Assembly: GCF_004010195.1 (NCBI RefSeq)
Contig: NC_057719.1
Coordinates: forward strand, 1,774,395-1,830,829
Source: Chiloscyllium plagiosum
Lineage: Eukaryota
Length of the DNA stretch: 56,435 nucleotides
Direction: 5' to 3'
Positions 26,095 through 39,464 of this stretch are shown here, one piece after another. A model generated the notes under the pieces. That model saw only the letters and a list, made by a program, of their open reading frames with translations, was not told the DNA's origin and made no database searches. The translations under genes were made by a program, and so were the position numbers. Numbering within the stretch: the stretch's first letter is position 1; each line of letters opens with the position of its first letter.

Positions 26095-27050
26095 AACATG
26101 GAACTGGAGGAGGCTATTCAGTCCCTTAAGCCTACTCCACCATTTAATAAGTTCATTGTCGATCTCATTGTAACCTCAAATCAGAATTCCTACTTAACCT
26201 TTCACTGCCTTGCCTAATAAGAATCTGTATACTACTGTCTTAAAAATATTCAAGGACTATGCTCCCACCACCTTTTCAGAGAGAGATCATTTCAAAGTCT
26301 CTTGATTTTCTGAGAGAGAAAAGCATCACCTCATCTTGTTTTAAATGAGAGACTCCTGGTTTTTAAACAGTGACTCACATATTGTCCCATGAAAGGAAAT
26401 ATCCTCTCCACATCAACCCAGCCAACACCCCTTAGGATCTTGTATGTTTCAGTCGAGTCACCTCTAACTGTTTGAAACTACAGCAGATACAGGCCCAGCC
26501 TGGTCAACCTTTCCTCATAAGATAACTCACCTATTCCTGATATTAGTCTGGTAAACCTTGTCTGAACTGCTTCTAACACATTTACATTCTTCCTTAAAGA
26601 AGGGGACCAAAATTGCACGGAGTACCCCAGAAGCAGTTTCCCCTGTGCATTGCATAACTGGAAGCATAAACTCACTGCCATTGAATTCAACTCCTTTCAC
26701 TACACATTACACTATTCTATGAGCTTTCCTGATTACTTGCTGTACCTGCATATTAAGCTTCTATGATCCATGCACTAGGACACCCAGATCCCTCTGCATC
26801 TCAGAGCTCTCCAATCTCTCACCAATTATCTAATATGCTTAATTTTCAACCTACTTTTCTAATCAACCTGGTCAGAGATGTTATTACATACCTCTGGAGT
26901 AGGTGGGAATAGAACCAGAGCCTCCTGGTCCAGAGGTAGAATGCTACCATTGCACCACAAGAGAAACACATATGCTCATTTTTTTTATTCTTCCAGCTGA
27001 AATGGTCAGTTACTCACTTTCCCAAATTATACTCCATTTACCTTATGTTT
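26095..27050 (-). mobile_element. CR1 3' region (older subfamily)
   Basis: Minus strand gives YSVQFWSPSLRKNVNVLEAVQTRFTRLISG..LSYEERL. Confidence 0.8.
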
Positions 27051-27689
27051 GCCACTGCACTGCAGTAGACACTACATGAAGATTCATTTCCACTTCTGAC
27101 TCAGGTTAACATTTTTGTTTTGGACTCCAATCAACTAATCACTTCCTTGGTTTCCAAATCCCATTAAGGATCCATTTGTTCCTGAGCTGAATCGTCACCC
27201 TCACTGAAAAGTGCCTGTGTGGAATGTGAGGTGGAAACAGCTTAATGCTCCACTGGGATGATTCCCACAGTCAAATCACCTAGAGACACATTGTCTAGCT
27301 GACCTAGTATATGAAAGCTAATTGAGACAGATACTGTAATGATTGTCCCCCTCACCACTGACACTCACCCCATCTCCAGTTTGGGAGAGAGAGTCAGAAA
27401 GAGCAATGTGGACTGTGGTCAGTTTAATATTGTTTTATTAACAACTGGCAGAAGGTGAATCTTGTACTTGGGCAAATCTTAATTACTGTTTCGTTAGCAA
27501 GATTGCTGCTTTCATTTGTAAGATCGAAAGGTGAAATGATTTGCGGCTTCCAGTCTGCTGTTACAGTGGTGTGAGTTGTTAGCTAATGAGGCCTGTCTTC
27601 TGCTTGTAACTGCACACAATCCATAAGGCTGTCTCACCCACACACAGTTCACAATACTGAGTTCAAGTCTTGGGACAGTGCGCACTCAT

Positions 27690-28760
27690 TAGTGAACATC
27701 TCCACTCCTATCCTTAAGTTGCAGAGAAGGTCATTGAGAGAACAGCTGAAGTCATTTGGGCAAAGGACTCTTTCCGAAGGAACTCCTAAAGAGATGTTTT
27801 GGAGCTGAAGTGACTGACCTCCATCTTTCTTTGTGCCAGATATGACTCCAACCAGTGGAGAGTTTGCCCCCGATACCCAGTGATTCCAGTTATACTAGAG
27901 CTCCTTGATGCCACACTCAGTCAAATGCGGCCTTGATGTCAAGGGCAGTCCCTCTCCCCTCCCCTCTGGAATCCAGCACTTTTGTCCATGTTTGACCCAA
28001 GGCTGTAATGAGGTCAGGAGCTGAGTGGCCCTGGCAGAACCCAAACTGGGTGTCACTGAGCAGGTTATTGCTGAGCAGGTGCTGCTTGATAGCACTGTTG
28101 GTGACCCCTTCCATCACTTTATTGATGATCGAACGTAACTGATGGGGCAGTAATTGGCCGGGTTGGAATTGTCCTGCTTTTTGTGTACAGGACACACCTG
28201 GACAATTTTCCACATTGTCGGGTAGATGCCAGTGTTGTAACTGTACTGGAACAGTTTGATTCTGGGAGCGGCAAGTTCTGGAACACAGGTCTTCAGTGCT
28301 ATTGCTGGAATGTTGTCAGGGCCCGCAGTCTTTGCAGTATCCTGTACCTTCAGTTGTTTCTTAAAATCACATGGAGTGAATTGAATCGGCTGAAATCTGA
28401 TATCTGTAACACTGGGGACCAATGGAGGAGGCCGAGATAGATCGTCCACTCAGCACTTCAGGCTGAAGATTGTTGCAACTGCTTCAGCCTTATCTTTTAC
28501 AGTGATGTGCTGGACTCTTCAACCATTGACAATGGGAATATTTCTTGTATCTCATTTTTAGCTCTGCCTGTGCAGTTCCTGGAATGCCCTCCTGCACTCT
28601 CTGTTGAACCAGGGTTGATCCCCTGCCTTGGTAGTAATGGTTGAGTGGGGGAATGTGCCTGGCCATGAGGTTACAGATTGTGTTGGAGTACAATTCTGCT
28701 GCTGTTGATGGCCCACAGCGCTTCATGGATGCCCAGTGTTGAGCTGCTGTATCTGTTAAC
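27690..28760 (-). mobile_element. Family-B LINE ORF2 fragment
   Basis: Translates to AKTAGPDNIPAIALKTC.PELA, WKIVQVCPVHKKQD.SNPANY.PIS, QFGFCQGHSAPDLI and ALDIKAAFD. Confidence 0.88.
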
Positions 28761-29959
28761 ACATGATAGTGTCACGCTGTTTACATGAAACTTTGTGTCC
28801 ACTCTGATCATTCCTACTGATACGGTGCCCCAAAATGCCCTTTATTTCTTCTTTATCTCCTGCTGTTTCCATTTCCCTTGAATTTGCTGGGACATAATAT
28901 TATGGTCACTGACTGCCTTATGGTATCACATCAAAATGGCCATTTCTTTTGAACATGTGAACCCATTTCATGAACAATTTGGAACAGAAGGTGGCCACAC
29001 AGCCCCATCGAGCCTATATGGTTTCTCAATAAGATCATGGCTGTCCTGAGGTTAAATTCAACACCAATTTCACCAGTCCTTCAGGAGAGGTTGGAGAATT
29101 TGTGGCTGTTTTACTTGGAATGGAGGAAGCTAAGAGGAGGTTTGAAAGAAGCTTTCAAAGTCATGAGTGGTCTGAACAGAGAGGGAGAAACTGTTCCTGC
29201 TTGTAAACAAATCAAGTACGAGAATTTTAAAACATTTCACAAAAAATAATGAATGTGAACTGAGAAACCCCTTTCTCACACAGTAAGTAGTTATAGTATG
29301 GGATGCACTGTCTGGAGATATGGCAGGTTCAGTTAGGTGGAATCAAGAGGGCGATTGTTTCAATTCGAGTAACTGTTCAATGTGCGGGAATGGGGGAAAA
29401 AGGCAGGAGAGTAGCACTGTGAAAATGTTCAGAGACAGATGGACTGAATGGCCTCTTTCTGCATTGGATCAATTCTGTGATTCCTGCCTACCATTCACCT
29501 TTCAGCCACTTGCTTATCAAAACAAATATCCAATTCTGCCTTAAAACTAGTCAGGGTTTCTGCTTTCACCATCTCTTGAGGAAGAGAGTTCCAAAGACAT
29601 TTAGCCCCCTGTGAGAAACAAATTCTTCTTCCCAATGCGCATTATTTTTCAGCTGTAACCCCTAGTGACCTATGAGCATAGCAAGCCGTTCATTCATAGG
29701 ACAGGGGCATCACAGCCAAGCCCAATTCTGATTTAGTGTGACCACTTTATTTTATGTGTACTTTGCAGCAATGATCTGACTTTTTAGAAATGTTTCCATG
29801 GAGTTTGAGTGTCCGTGGCAAGACAAGCAGTTATTTCTCATGACCCATAGCCTTTGAGGAAGGGAGGACGGACTAGTAACCCACAGCCTCCTGATCTCAC
29901 AACATGATCAACTTTGAGCGGAAGCCCAGAGTTGCAGTGCCCACTTTTGCCTGGTTGAT

Positions 29960-30385
29960 TTTAGCCTCACTGCAAATCCTCTTGCAAGGATGCCTACTTT
30001 GAAGCTGAGTCTCTCTCTCTCTCACTGCAAGCCACCAGGTCATCTCATCTGCCCTGAAGCTCTTCAACCATGTCCTGAAACAGACTCGCTGTCCTACCTG
30101 CTAATCTTCCTTCCTACCTATCCACTCCACCCTCCTCTCCAGCCTATCACCTTTATCCCCACCTCCATCCACCTATTGGACTCTTAGCTACCTTCTCCCC
30201 AGCCCGACCCCCCTCCAAATTTGTATCTCCACCATGGAGGCTCCCAGCCTCATTCCTGATGAAGGGCTCCTGCCCGAAACGTCGGTTTTCCTGCTCCTTG
30301 GATGCTGCCTGACCTGCTGTGCATTTCCAGCCCACTCTAATCTTGACTCCGATGACCAGCATCTGCAGTCCTCACTTTCGCCTAG
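29960..30385 (+). mobile_element. Penelope-like 3' UTR and terminal repeat
   Basis: A pyrimidine-rich UTR followed by cctgatgaagggctcctgcccgaaacgtc...cagcatctgcagtcctcactttc. Confidence 0.75.
30252..30287 (+). ncRNA. Minimal type I hammerhead-ribozyme-like motif with an intact core
   Basis: ATTC-CTGATGA-A-GGGC-TCCT-GCCC-GAAA-CG-TC-GGTT. GUC cleavage triplet, and a palindromic ACGU stem III. Confidence 0.65.
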
Positions 30386-30600
30386 AGTGGTCTGGAGTCA
30401 AGGCCTGATGCGGACTGGAGGCTAGCTACCAGTGTGGCCTGGGTTGGAAGACTGGTGTTCTGAACTTTTATTTCTGCAGTGCTGGATTTTTTTATTTCTC
30501 TGTTTTCTAAGATCTTGTAACTAAAGAAGCTGTATCTGAGCACCTTTGTAGCTAAGATGCCGCTATGGTTGGCGACTTATAAACTTCTCACTGTATTCAT

Positions 30601-30929
30601 AGAGTTATAGAGATGTACAGCATGGAAACAGACCCTTCGGTTCAAGTCATCCATACCGGCCAGATATCCCAACACAATCTAGTCCCACCTGCCAGCACTT
30701 GGCCCATATACCTCCAAACCCTTCCTATTCATATACCCATCCAGATGCCTCTTAAATGTTGTAATTGTACCAGCCTCCACCACTTCCTCTGGCAGCTCAT
30801 TCCACACATATACCACCCTCTGTGTGGAAATGTTGTCCCTTAGGTCCCTTTTATATCTTTCCCCTCTCACCCTGAACCTATGCCCTCTAGTTCTGGACCC
30901 CCCCAGGGAAAAGACTTTGTCTATTTATC
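30601..30929 (-). mobile_element. CR1 3' end
   Basis: Minus strand gives RGERYKRDLRDN..TQRVVYVWNELPEEVVEAGT. Confidence 0.88.
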
Positions 30930-31009
30930 ATACATTTGAGTACATGTGACAACAAAGCTAATTCAATTCAGATCAGAAAAATACTCTGGGGATAGCATTT
31001 CAAACAGCA

Positions 31010-31240
31010 GCATGGCAGCTGTCAGAATTTAAAATCAACTGATTATTAAATGGGATTTAAAAGCTGGCCTTACAGTCTGTACGGTTCACTAATGTATTTT
31101 AGGAAAGGAAATCTGCAAATCTGTGCCCGGTCTGGCCTCCATGTGACTCTAGAGCATGTCAATGTGATTGACACTTAACTGCCCTCTGAAATGGCCCTCA
31201 TGAGACCACTCAGTTGTTTTAAACTGCTACAAAAATTCAA
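31010..31240 (+). mobile_element. SINE fragment (Meta-domain-like core)
   Basis: ggaaaggaaatctgc..ccggtctggcctccatgtgactc..ttaactgccctctgaaatggcc. The same core occurs at about 32260 and 55370. The family name is from memory. Confidence 0.5.
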
Positions 31241-31789
31241 AAAGGAACATGTTTATCCTGCAGCACTGGCTGTACCTTAGTGAAATGCGGCTGAACAATA
31301 AGCTGCTGATTCCCACCAACGTGACTTAGCGGCACAGTGCTAATGTTGACTGCTAGACATTGTTATTTTGTTTAGAAAAGATTTGACTCATCTGGTCTTC
31401 ATATTTAATCAAAAGGGTCTCTCTCTCTCTTTTCCTCCCATCATGATTTAGCCGAAAATGCTGAAAAACCTAAACTCTTAAATCCAACAGTGTGATTTTA
31501 AAAATGCTTTCATTGTTAAATACATCAGAATATTTAATTTTTTTTACCATTCCTAAGCAAAATAGGACTACTCTGTTTGGATTCAAGAGACCTAAGCTTT
31601 CCCATTGCTAAATTGAAAAGCTTCACCCAACTATACAATGTGGTGATAAAGTTTGGTGTCAGTTTGCCTTTGTCTTAGAAAATGATGGAGACTAAGATCA
31701 CTTCCTTTTGAAGTTAATGTTAATGGATTCGCATGAAGACAGACAGTCTGGGGCAATAGGATTTGTTTTACTTTAGAGGAGCCAATAAC

Positions 31790-32370
31790 CAAATGGTACT
31801 ATCGGTACAGTATTAATCACAGTGTGGAAGTAGGCCATTCAGCCCATTGAGCCCACACCAACCCTGCATGCAGTATCCCACCATCCCTGTAGCCCTGCAT
31901 TTCCCATAGCTTGGATATATGGGCAATTTAACATGTCTAATACACCTAACCTACACATCGTTGGACTGTGGGAGGAAACCAGACCATCCGGAGGAAACCC
32001 ACGCAGACAATGGGAAAACATGCAAACTCCACAAAGACAGTCACCTGAAGCTAAAGTTGAACCTGAGTCCCTAGCGTTGTAAAACAACAGTGTTAACCAT
32101 TGTACCACCATGTCACAATCTAGAGACCCAGATCATGATGTGAGTACCGTCACGGCTGATGGCGGAATTTGAAGTCAGTGAAAATCTGGAATTACGTGTC
32201 TAATGATGACCATGAATCCACTGTCAATTTGAAGCCATCTGGGTCACTAATATCCCTTTAGGGAAGGAAATCTGCCATCCTTACCTGGTCTGGCCTACAC
32301 GTGACTCCAAGCCCACAGTAATTTGGTTGACCCTGAACTGCCCTCCAGGCAATTAGGGACAATAAATACT
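31790..32370 (+). mobile_element. tRNA-derived SINE (Meta-domain-like core, family-B LINE tail) split by an HE1-like SINE
   Basis: agggaaggaaatctgccatccttacctggtctggcctacacgtgactcc...caattagggacaataaatact. Confidence 0.55.
31820..32112 (-). mobile_element. Diverged HE1-like V-SINE
   Basis: V-domain ggaggaaacccacgcagaca..tgcaaactccaca, with degenerate A and B boxes. Confidence 0.78.
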
Positions 32371-32726
32371 AAGGAAAAAAGTGAGGGCTGCAGATGCTGG
32401 AGATCAGAGTCAAAAAGTGTGGTGCTGGAAAAGCACAGCCAGTCAGGCAGCATCCGAGGAGCAGGAGAGTCAACATTTCGAGCATAAGCTTTCGACTCTC
32501 CTGCTCCTCAGATGCTGCCCTCTTAGCACCACACTTTTTGACAATAAATACTCGGTAAAAACAATGACTGCAGACCTCGTCAGCAACACTCATATCTGCC
32601 TGAAACGTCGACTCTCCTGCTCCTCGGATGCTGCCTGACTGGCTGTGCTCTCTTAGCACCACACTTTTTGACAATAAATACTCGGTAAAAACAATGACTG
32701 CAGACCTCGTCAGCAACACTCATATC
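32371..32726. mobile_element. Compound Penelope-terminus insertion with a 77-bp exact direct repeat
   Basis: 32520-32596 is identical to 32650-32726. The target sequence gacaataaatact occurs three times. Confidence 0.75.
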
Positions 32727-32771
32727 ATTAAAAAAACATTGTTCTGCTGTGAAGACCTGATGATCTGACTG

Positions 32772-33080
32772 GTCATCACAGTGGCTCAGTGGTTAGTACT
32801 GCAACCTCAGTGCCAGGGATCTGGGTTCAATTTCAACCTCGGGCGACTGTCTATGTGGAGTTTGCACATTCTCCCCGTATCTGTGAGAGTTTTCTCCGGG
32901 TACTCTAGTTTCCTCCCACAGTCCAAAGATGTGCAGGTTAGGTGAATTGGCCATGCTAAATTGCCCATAGTGTTAGGTGCATTAGTCAGAGGGAAATGGT
33001 CTGGGTGGGTTACTCTTCGGAGGGTCGGTGTGGACTTGTTGGGCCGAAGGGCCTGTTTCCACACTGTAGGAATTCTAATC
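32772..33080 (+). mobile_element. HE1-type V-SINE
   Basis: A box gtggctcagtggttag, B box gggttcaatttc, V-domain, and a CR1-like tail. Confidence 0.88.
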
Positions 33081-33617
33081 TGATCACAACTGTGAATTAG
33101 GATTTTAGTGGTCTACACTGAGTTTGTTGTGACTGGGGATCACTGGGAGAAGGAAACCCAAAGAGCTGAAGCTGAAAATAAATGTTTCTAGTTTTGTATA
33201 AGAATTCTGGAGTCTTTATAAAGGTGCCCAGGTGTAGATAGAGTTGCACATGATTCAAGGTGACGTAAAATTGTTACAAGGAGTTACATGTAATGGTATA
33301 TTCATGCATAGCACCTTTGCAATATTATTTGTATGTTCTGTGCTAGGTCCTTGTGTGGAATTGCAAGACCAGAAGGCCTAAGATTCGTTATTAATCCACA
33401 CCGAGTTAACAGGTCCCTTCCAAATGATAATAGGAGAATTGTTGACCGTGAAGGGTTGGTGTGGACATGATGGGCCAAGTAGCTTCTTGTTGCACTGTAT
33501 GCACTGTAACACTTGTGTGATTCTGTGAATCCCGGACTTACCACAGAGGGAGCAGAATCTATTTGTATCCACCTGTCCAGAGATCTCAGGCTGGAACATG
33601 CAGTATAGGTAATCCAA

Positions 33618-33830
33618 GTCCATCCTGACTTGGAAATATATTACCGTTCCTTCACTGTTTGCTGGGTCAAAATCCTGGACTTCCCTCCCAAAGGGCATTG
33701 TGGGTCAACCCACAGCACATGGACTGCAGCAGTTCAAGAAGGCAGCTCATCCCCACCTTCTCAAGGGCACTTGGGTATGAGCAATAAATACTAGCCTTGC
33801 CAATGACCACATTCTCTGAATGAATCAAAG
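33618..33830 (+). mobile_element. Family-B LINE 3' end
   Basis: Matches 21420-21630 (gacttggaaata...gttcaagaaggcagctca...caataaata). Confidence 0.75.
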
Positions 33831-34514
33831 TTAATCAGGAAAGGATGGGTCTTGCTATAATATCTTTCACAGTTGGACAGTTTGTCCAGCTTGATGTATG
33901 GGCATTGGGGATGTCCCCAGGAGGAGAAAAGAGAAAATCAGGGGGACCATGGAGCTATCTTTAACAATCCTTCGTTGACATTATTGGCTTCATGCTAAAG
34001 ATGTGTTGGAAAAGGAGGATAAATACCAACAGAGAGGGCTGTTTGAGGGATAGAGATCACAGTCGTGCATTGGAAAATTTGAGGGAGGTGGGGTGAGGGG
34101 GAGGGGGGTGCGGTTGGAATTGCTTCTATGGAGAAAATTAGTTTAAAGATCTTGAGAATATAAAGGCTGCTCTCTTTAGCGCAGGTGTTGTGCGTGTCAG
34201 TTCCCAGGCTAGTTTATTGCTTGATTTCCCCTTCTCCCTCACAGCACCAGCTGTCTTTATATCATTTCCGTATGGCTCCTTTGTCTTTATAACAGGTTAC
34301 AGATTTCTGTTTGTTCATGTTTGAACACATATTTGAATAAGTATTCACTTATTCCTGCATCGCATGATTGAGCATTCCTTGTGCAGGATGTGGACAGGTT
34401 TCACATTCTTGGCTGCCTGCATACTATCTCAGTATTCAGCTGTGTCAGCATGGTGAATCAAATGATTCAGCATATCCACATCACAATGCATCTCATTAGT
34501 AATGCTGCTTTCGA

Positions 34515-34895
34515 TAAAGAAAGAAACAAATTCTATTTCTACAGTGTTTTATCAATTCTCTCAAATGCCCCCCAAAACTTCTCAGACAATGGACTGTGTT
34601 AACTATATTACCGTTGTAGCTAATCATGGCAGCTGTTTTGTACACAGTAAGCTCCCACAGACAGCAGTGAAATGAATGATTAGTTCATGGTGTTTGGTGG
34701 GGATGATGTTCACCAGAAACTGGAAGAGTACTCCTACTCCTCTTCCAAGATGGCTCTGAATTCTTTTACATCCACCCTGAGAGGGCAGATGGGAGTCTCA
34801 ATTTAACATCATGTCCAAATGTCAGTGTACCTGATAGTGTAACACTTCCCTGATACTGCATGGGAGCCAGTCTGAATTTGATGCTCCAATTCTGG
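34515..34895 (-). mobile_element. Deu-type SINE relic (best-preserved copy in the window)
   Basis: cacagtaagctcccacagacagca and cttttacatccaccctgagagggcagatggg..tcaatttaacatc. Confidence 0.55.
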
Positions 34896-35662
34896 ATTTT
34901 AATGCAGGGGCGACTGGCAGTTGAGGCTGTTTGCCTTCCAGCTGTCCCTCTCCAGTGTAAATGCTGGTGTTCAACTCCCTCTCCTCCACCTTCATCCACC
35001 CAGCTTTTGTCATGTGACTGTCTGAGGTTGGACTGTGGGCTACATGCTGCAGGACAGTGAACAGGAAGGGGAACTCCAGCCCCATTTATTCTCCTCTTGT
35101 GGACTTACTGTACTGAAGTTCACCCTGACTGGGATACAGCAAAGAGCAGTCTTGCAACCTGCAGCCTTCCATTGATTGATTTTTAGCATCACAGTTAAAA
35201 AAGTGTTATAATCAACATTTTCTCCTGCTCTAGTAGGTTCTCATTTTGTTTAGTAGGTTTGAGATGTTTGCCTGTAGCCTTCTCGAACATGAATTTACAA
35301 GTGAATTACAAAAAGGTGCATGGCGCATAAATTAGACTCCTTAATGATTTCTGAATTGCTTCCAACTCTCTTGATATTCCCTCTTCTAACACCCAGAGGG
35401 AAACAACTGGCTCTCTACTCTGATGCTGCAGAGACACCTTCTGATGCACGTCTATGCACACACTTACATCAATTTCTGAGCACATGGTTTTCCTCGCTCT
35501 ATTCCTCTTGCCCCCCACCCCTAGATTTACCACCCGCAAGCTTTCTCTAACCCTTCTCCCGACGTTTTCACCCTGAGTTTTCTCCACTCCATCTCTGAGC
35601 TACCGTACAGGACACAGCCTCTCAACCTGCCCTCCTGTTATGTTACCAACTGATGATAACAA

Positions 35663-36105
35663 AACTGAACAACGGGGAGAGGCTGAACAGGCTGGGGCTG
35701 TTTTCCCTGGAACGTCGGAGGCTGAGGGGTGACCTTATAGAGGTTTACAAAATTATGAGGTGCATGGATAGGATAAATAGACCAAGTTTTTTCCCTGGGG
35801 TTGGGGAGTCCAGAACTAGAGGCCATAGGTTTAGGGTGAGAGGGGAAAGATATAAAAGAGACCTAAGGGACAACTTTTTCATGCAGCGGGTGATACGTGT
35901 ATGGAATGAGCTGCCAGAGGATGTGGTGAAGGCTGGTACAATTGCAACATTTAAGAGGCATTTGGATGGGTATATGAATAGGAAGGGTTTGGAGGGATAT
36001 GGACCGGGCGCTGGCAGGTGGGACTAGATTGGGTTGGGATATCTGGTCGGCATGGACGGGTTGGACCGAAGGGTCTGTTTCCATGCTGTACATTTCTATG
36101 ACTCT
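35663..36105 (+). mobile_element. Young 5'-truncated CR1 3' end with an open frame
   Basis: Translates to ERLNRLGLFSLERRRLRGDLIEVYKIM...RTRGHRFRVRGERY...WNELP. Confidence 0.92.
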
Positions 36106-36689
36106 AATTCTGATCCCAGAGTGAACCCTGGCTTTATTGACTATAAGTGTTATTTTTAGAATTTGTTTATCATGGTGGTCAGTCACTGAACGTATTCACG
36201 AAAGAACATCGACATTTATTACACAGAGGTAAGGAAAATATAAAGCTGTATTTGACAAATTGGAAATATCTGATCCTGAATAGCTGTAAAAAAAAATTCA
36301 ACCCTTTTTCCCACCAGTATCTTTTCAGCAGTTTTTGTCAAACTTTAACCCACTGTGACGCCATTTCAATGTTTGAAATTTGTCAGCACCTTGGATGAAA
36401 GCTGGGAGGCGGGGGAGGAGAGAGGGAGAGATATGTGAGGGAGGGGCATAGACCTCCACAATAGCCAATACCTGTACTTCTAAAGAATGTGTGACCTAAC
36501 TTGCTGTCGTAACCTCTGTTTGAGGAATCCTTCTTTATAGGCACTCAGTTCCAGTGATGTATCAGTCCTCTCTTCACACTCTCATTCTTACTCAACTGAC
36601 AAGATCATAAGCACTTTCTTTCAGCGAATCTATGCGCAATCACCAAACGTGATTCTCTCCGTTACCCTGAGACAGACAAACACAGGCCA

Positions 36690-37040
36690 ACTCACTAGAA
36701 TTAGGGGGCAAAGCCTCAAAGTAAAGAGGTTCACAACAAAAAAAAAACTGCTTGTCTACCTCAAAATAAGGGGGAGCAGATTGAAGACTGAGCTGAGAAG
36801 GAACTTCTTCACCCAAAGTGTTGTGAATCTGTGGAATTCCCTGCTCAGTGAAGCAGTTGAGGCTACCACATTGAATGTTTTTAAGGCAAAGATAGATTTT
36901 TGAACAGTAATGGAGTTAAGGGCTATGGTGAGTGGGCGGGTAAGTGGAGCTGAGGTCATGAAAAGATCAGCCATGATCTTATTGAATGGTGGAGCAGGCT
37001 CGAAGGGCAGGACGGCCTACTCCTGCTCTTAGCTCTTATG
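36690..37040 (+). mobile_element. CR1 3' end (different subfamily)
   Basis: Translates to KIRGSRLKTELRRNFFTQSVVNLWNSL..AVEA. Confidence 0.82.
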
Positions 37041-38611
37041 GTCTTTCTGAGCTTTCTCCAGACATGTCTACTTGGACTGCTAAAGCACCTTAAATCTTCT
37101 TTCCAGCTCTGATGTTCTGGAAATTGTCTCTATATAGCAACATTTAAGAGGCATTTAGACAGAGATATGAATATGCAGGGAATAGAAGGACATGGGTCAT
37201 GTGCGGGCAAGTGGGATCAGTTTGCAATGACATCATGATCATGCAGGCATGGTGGGCTGAAGGGCCTGTTCCTGTACTGTACTGTTCCATATTCGATGTA
37301 AAACTAAATGGTCTTTATGCTGTTAATGATCTTTTCTCTCTGAATTGGACTTGCTTGTGATCCCTCTCCATCTCTCTCACTGGCTCTTAAATGTTAAATT
37401 AATAAACTAATAAAGTTAGATATTATCTCACCAGGTAACTTTTCTAATCATTTATCTTAAGTCACATGATGTTTATGGAAGTGCTATTTTGACTCATTGC
37501 TGATCCTCAAAGTAACCTTCACAGACCTGAAAACCGAAAGCTCATTTACTTTAGAACTTACTTTAGAACCCTCATTTTCAAATAATATTATGGACCTTCA
37601 GCTTTCTCCTGCAAGGATCTCTATTCCCACTTCCTTTCCTGGCCTGAAGCTGTGGCTTCATATCTGTGTGAGATATGCTCAGTTTACCAATGCCTTCCCC
37701 CAGGCTGCTTCAGCTATGCAACTAGAAGGGCTTGTAGGGGATCATGAAGGTATTTGTGAACAATTCTGTTTTGCAGAGTATCACAACCCGACCAGATTAC
37801 TTCAAAAAAAACAATAACTTGCACTGGTATTTGTGCTTTCTGTGTCATCTCACTAGGAACATACTGGAAGAGCTGTAAGGTTCATCCCCTGTGGTTATGT
37901 CCATTTGAGCAACTGGACAGGCCTCAGTTTAATATTTATTCAGCAACTCAACACCTCTGGAAGAGCGAGCTCCAGCTAGGTTTTGTCTTTATGCCGATTG
38001 ACCTCTGACTCTGAGGTGAAAGTGCTGCCCCCCCGAGTCGTGCCTGGTGCAGCAGAGGTCCCTGAAATCATTACCATGGATTGTAACCCTGGGTATGTAG
38101 AGGAGTCTGATGCTGGTTGCTTATTTAGGTTTGATTTTTATTTCCCCGGTTGGGGGAGCGTTACCTGAATGGGCAGTGACGATCTGGAGATTACAGCACA
38201 GCCACATGAGCCACGAGTGATCCACTGACCCGCTGAGACTAGGCGGAAGCTCATCATCCTCTGTCAGGAAGCTTTCATTTTCACCACCCCCAATCACACT
38301 GGGGAATCCATGAAATACTGAACTTTCATTTACAATTCCCAAGCATCCCAGGAGCATTGTTGCTGCTCCAAAGTGTTGGTGAGCAGCAACACGTTCCTTT
38401 TTCAGTTTGACACAAACACAAAAACCAAGCAGGGATATTTCCCTCAACACGACTGGGATACCAGGCTGGGTAAGTAGAGAATCCTTGGGCCTCCCACAGG
38501 CCAAGTGAACACGTTCCAGTTCTAAAACTCTCCCCTATACTATACCTCAGAGGTGAATAAGGCTTAGCTGTAGCTGCATGTGGCTTTGAGGGAACTGCTT
38601 TTAAATCCACA

Positions 38612-39150
38612 CAAAAACACATTCACTCATGTGCACACACACGCATATACACACTTGTGCGCGTACACACCCTCACACTCTCTCCTCTATCTCTCACACA
38701 GTCTCAATCTGTCACATGCTCATACACTCTCACTCACTCTCTCACGGATACAGTCTCTCTCACACATGCATGCACGCACACCCTCTCATGCTCACACTCT
38801 CATATACTTTCTTACTCACTCTCACACTGCCTCACCCTCTCGCACAGGCACATACATGCATACTCATATAGGCAACATCTGAGGAGCAGAAGAATCGATG
38901 TTTCGGGCAATAGCCCTTCGGATGCTGTGTGACCTGCTGTGCTTTCCAGCATCACTCTAATCTTGACTCTAATCTCCAGTATCTGCAGTACCCACTTTCG
39001 CACACACATACACCCACATGTGCACTCTCTCTCACACACACTTTCTCGCATTCTCTCTGTCACATACACATTACTACACACTCACACACATACTGTCTCA
39101 TGCGTATTCTCATAGACACACATACACACACATTCTCTCACGCTCAGACA
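38612..39150. repeat. Degenerate (CA)/(CT) low-complexity tract containing a Penelope-terminus fragment (about 38871-38998)
   Basis: CA-rich sequence interrupted by gaggagcagaagaatcgatgtttcgggcaatagccc...ctgcagtacccacttt. Confidence 0.8.
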
Positions 39151-39464
39151 CTGCTGTCGAAACGCTGAGTGGGAATTCCTGTACACAGCTAGCACTCGAT
39201 CTGGGTCCCCTCTGATCCATTCCCATTGATTATTGCAGAGGAATCTCAGATCAACCGGACATTCATGCAGTGCTCCTCAATCTCTCAGACTGGGCCATCT
39301 TGCACTCATAGAGAGCCCATAAACCCAGACCTGTTTTATAAATTGCAGTTAGCTTCAGTAGAAATGGTCTAGGGAGGGCAGAGAAATGTAGTAGAGTTCT
39401 ACATTTCTATCTGATGATTCCTGTCGGGTAAGGCTTTTATCTGATACAGACAGAATCTTTGTGC

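Noticed and set aside
38580..39215. His/Thr-rich and Cys/Val-rich ORFs (also at 46067-46581 and 50742-51270)
   Set aside because: They are translations of dinucleotide microsatellites.
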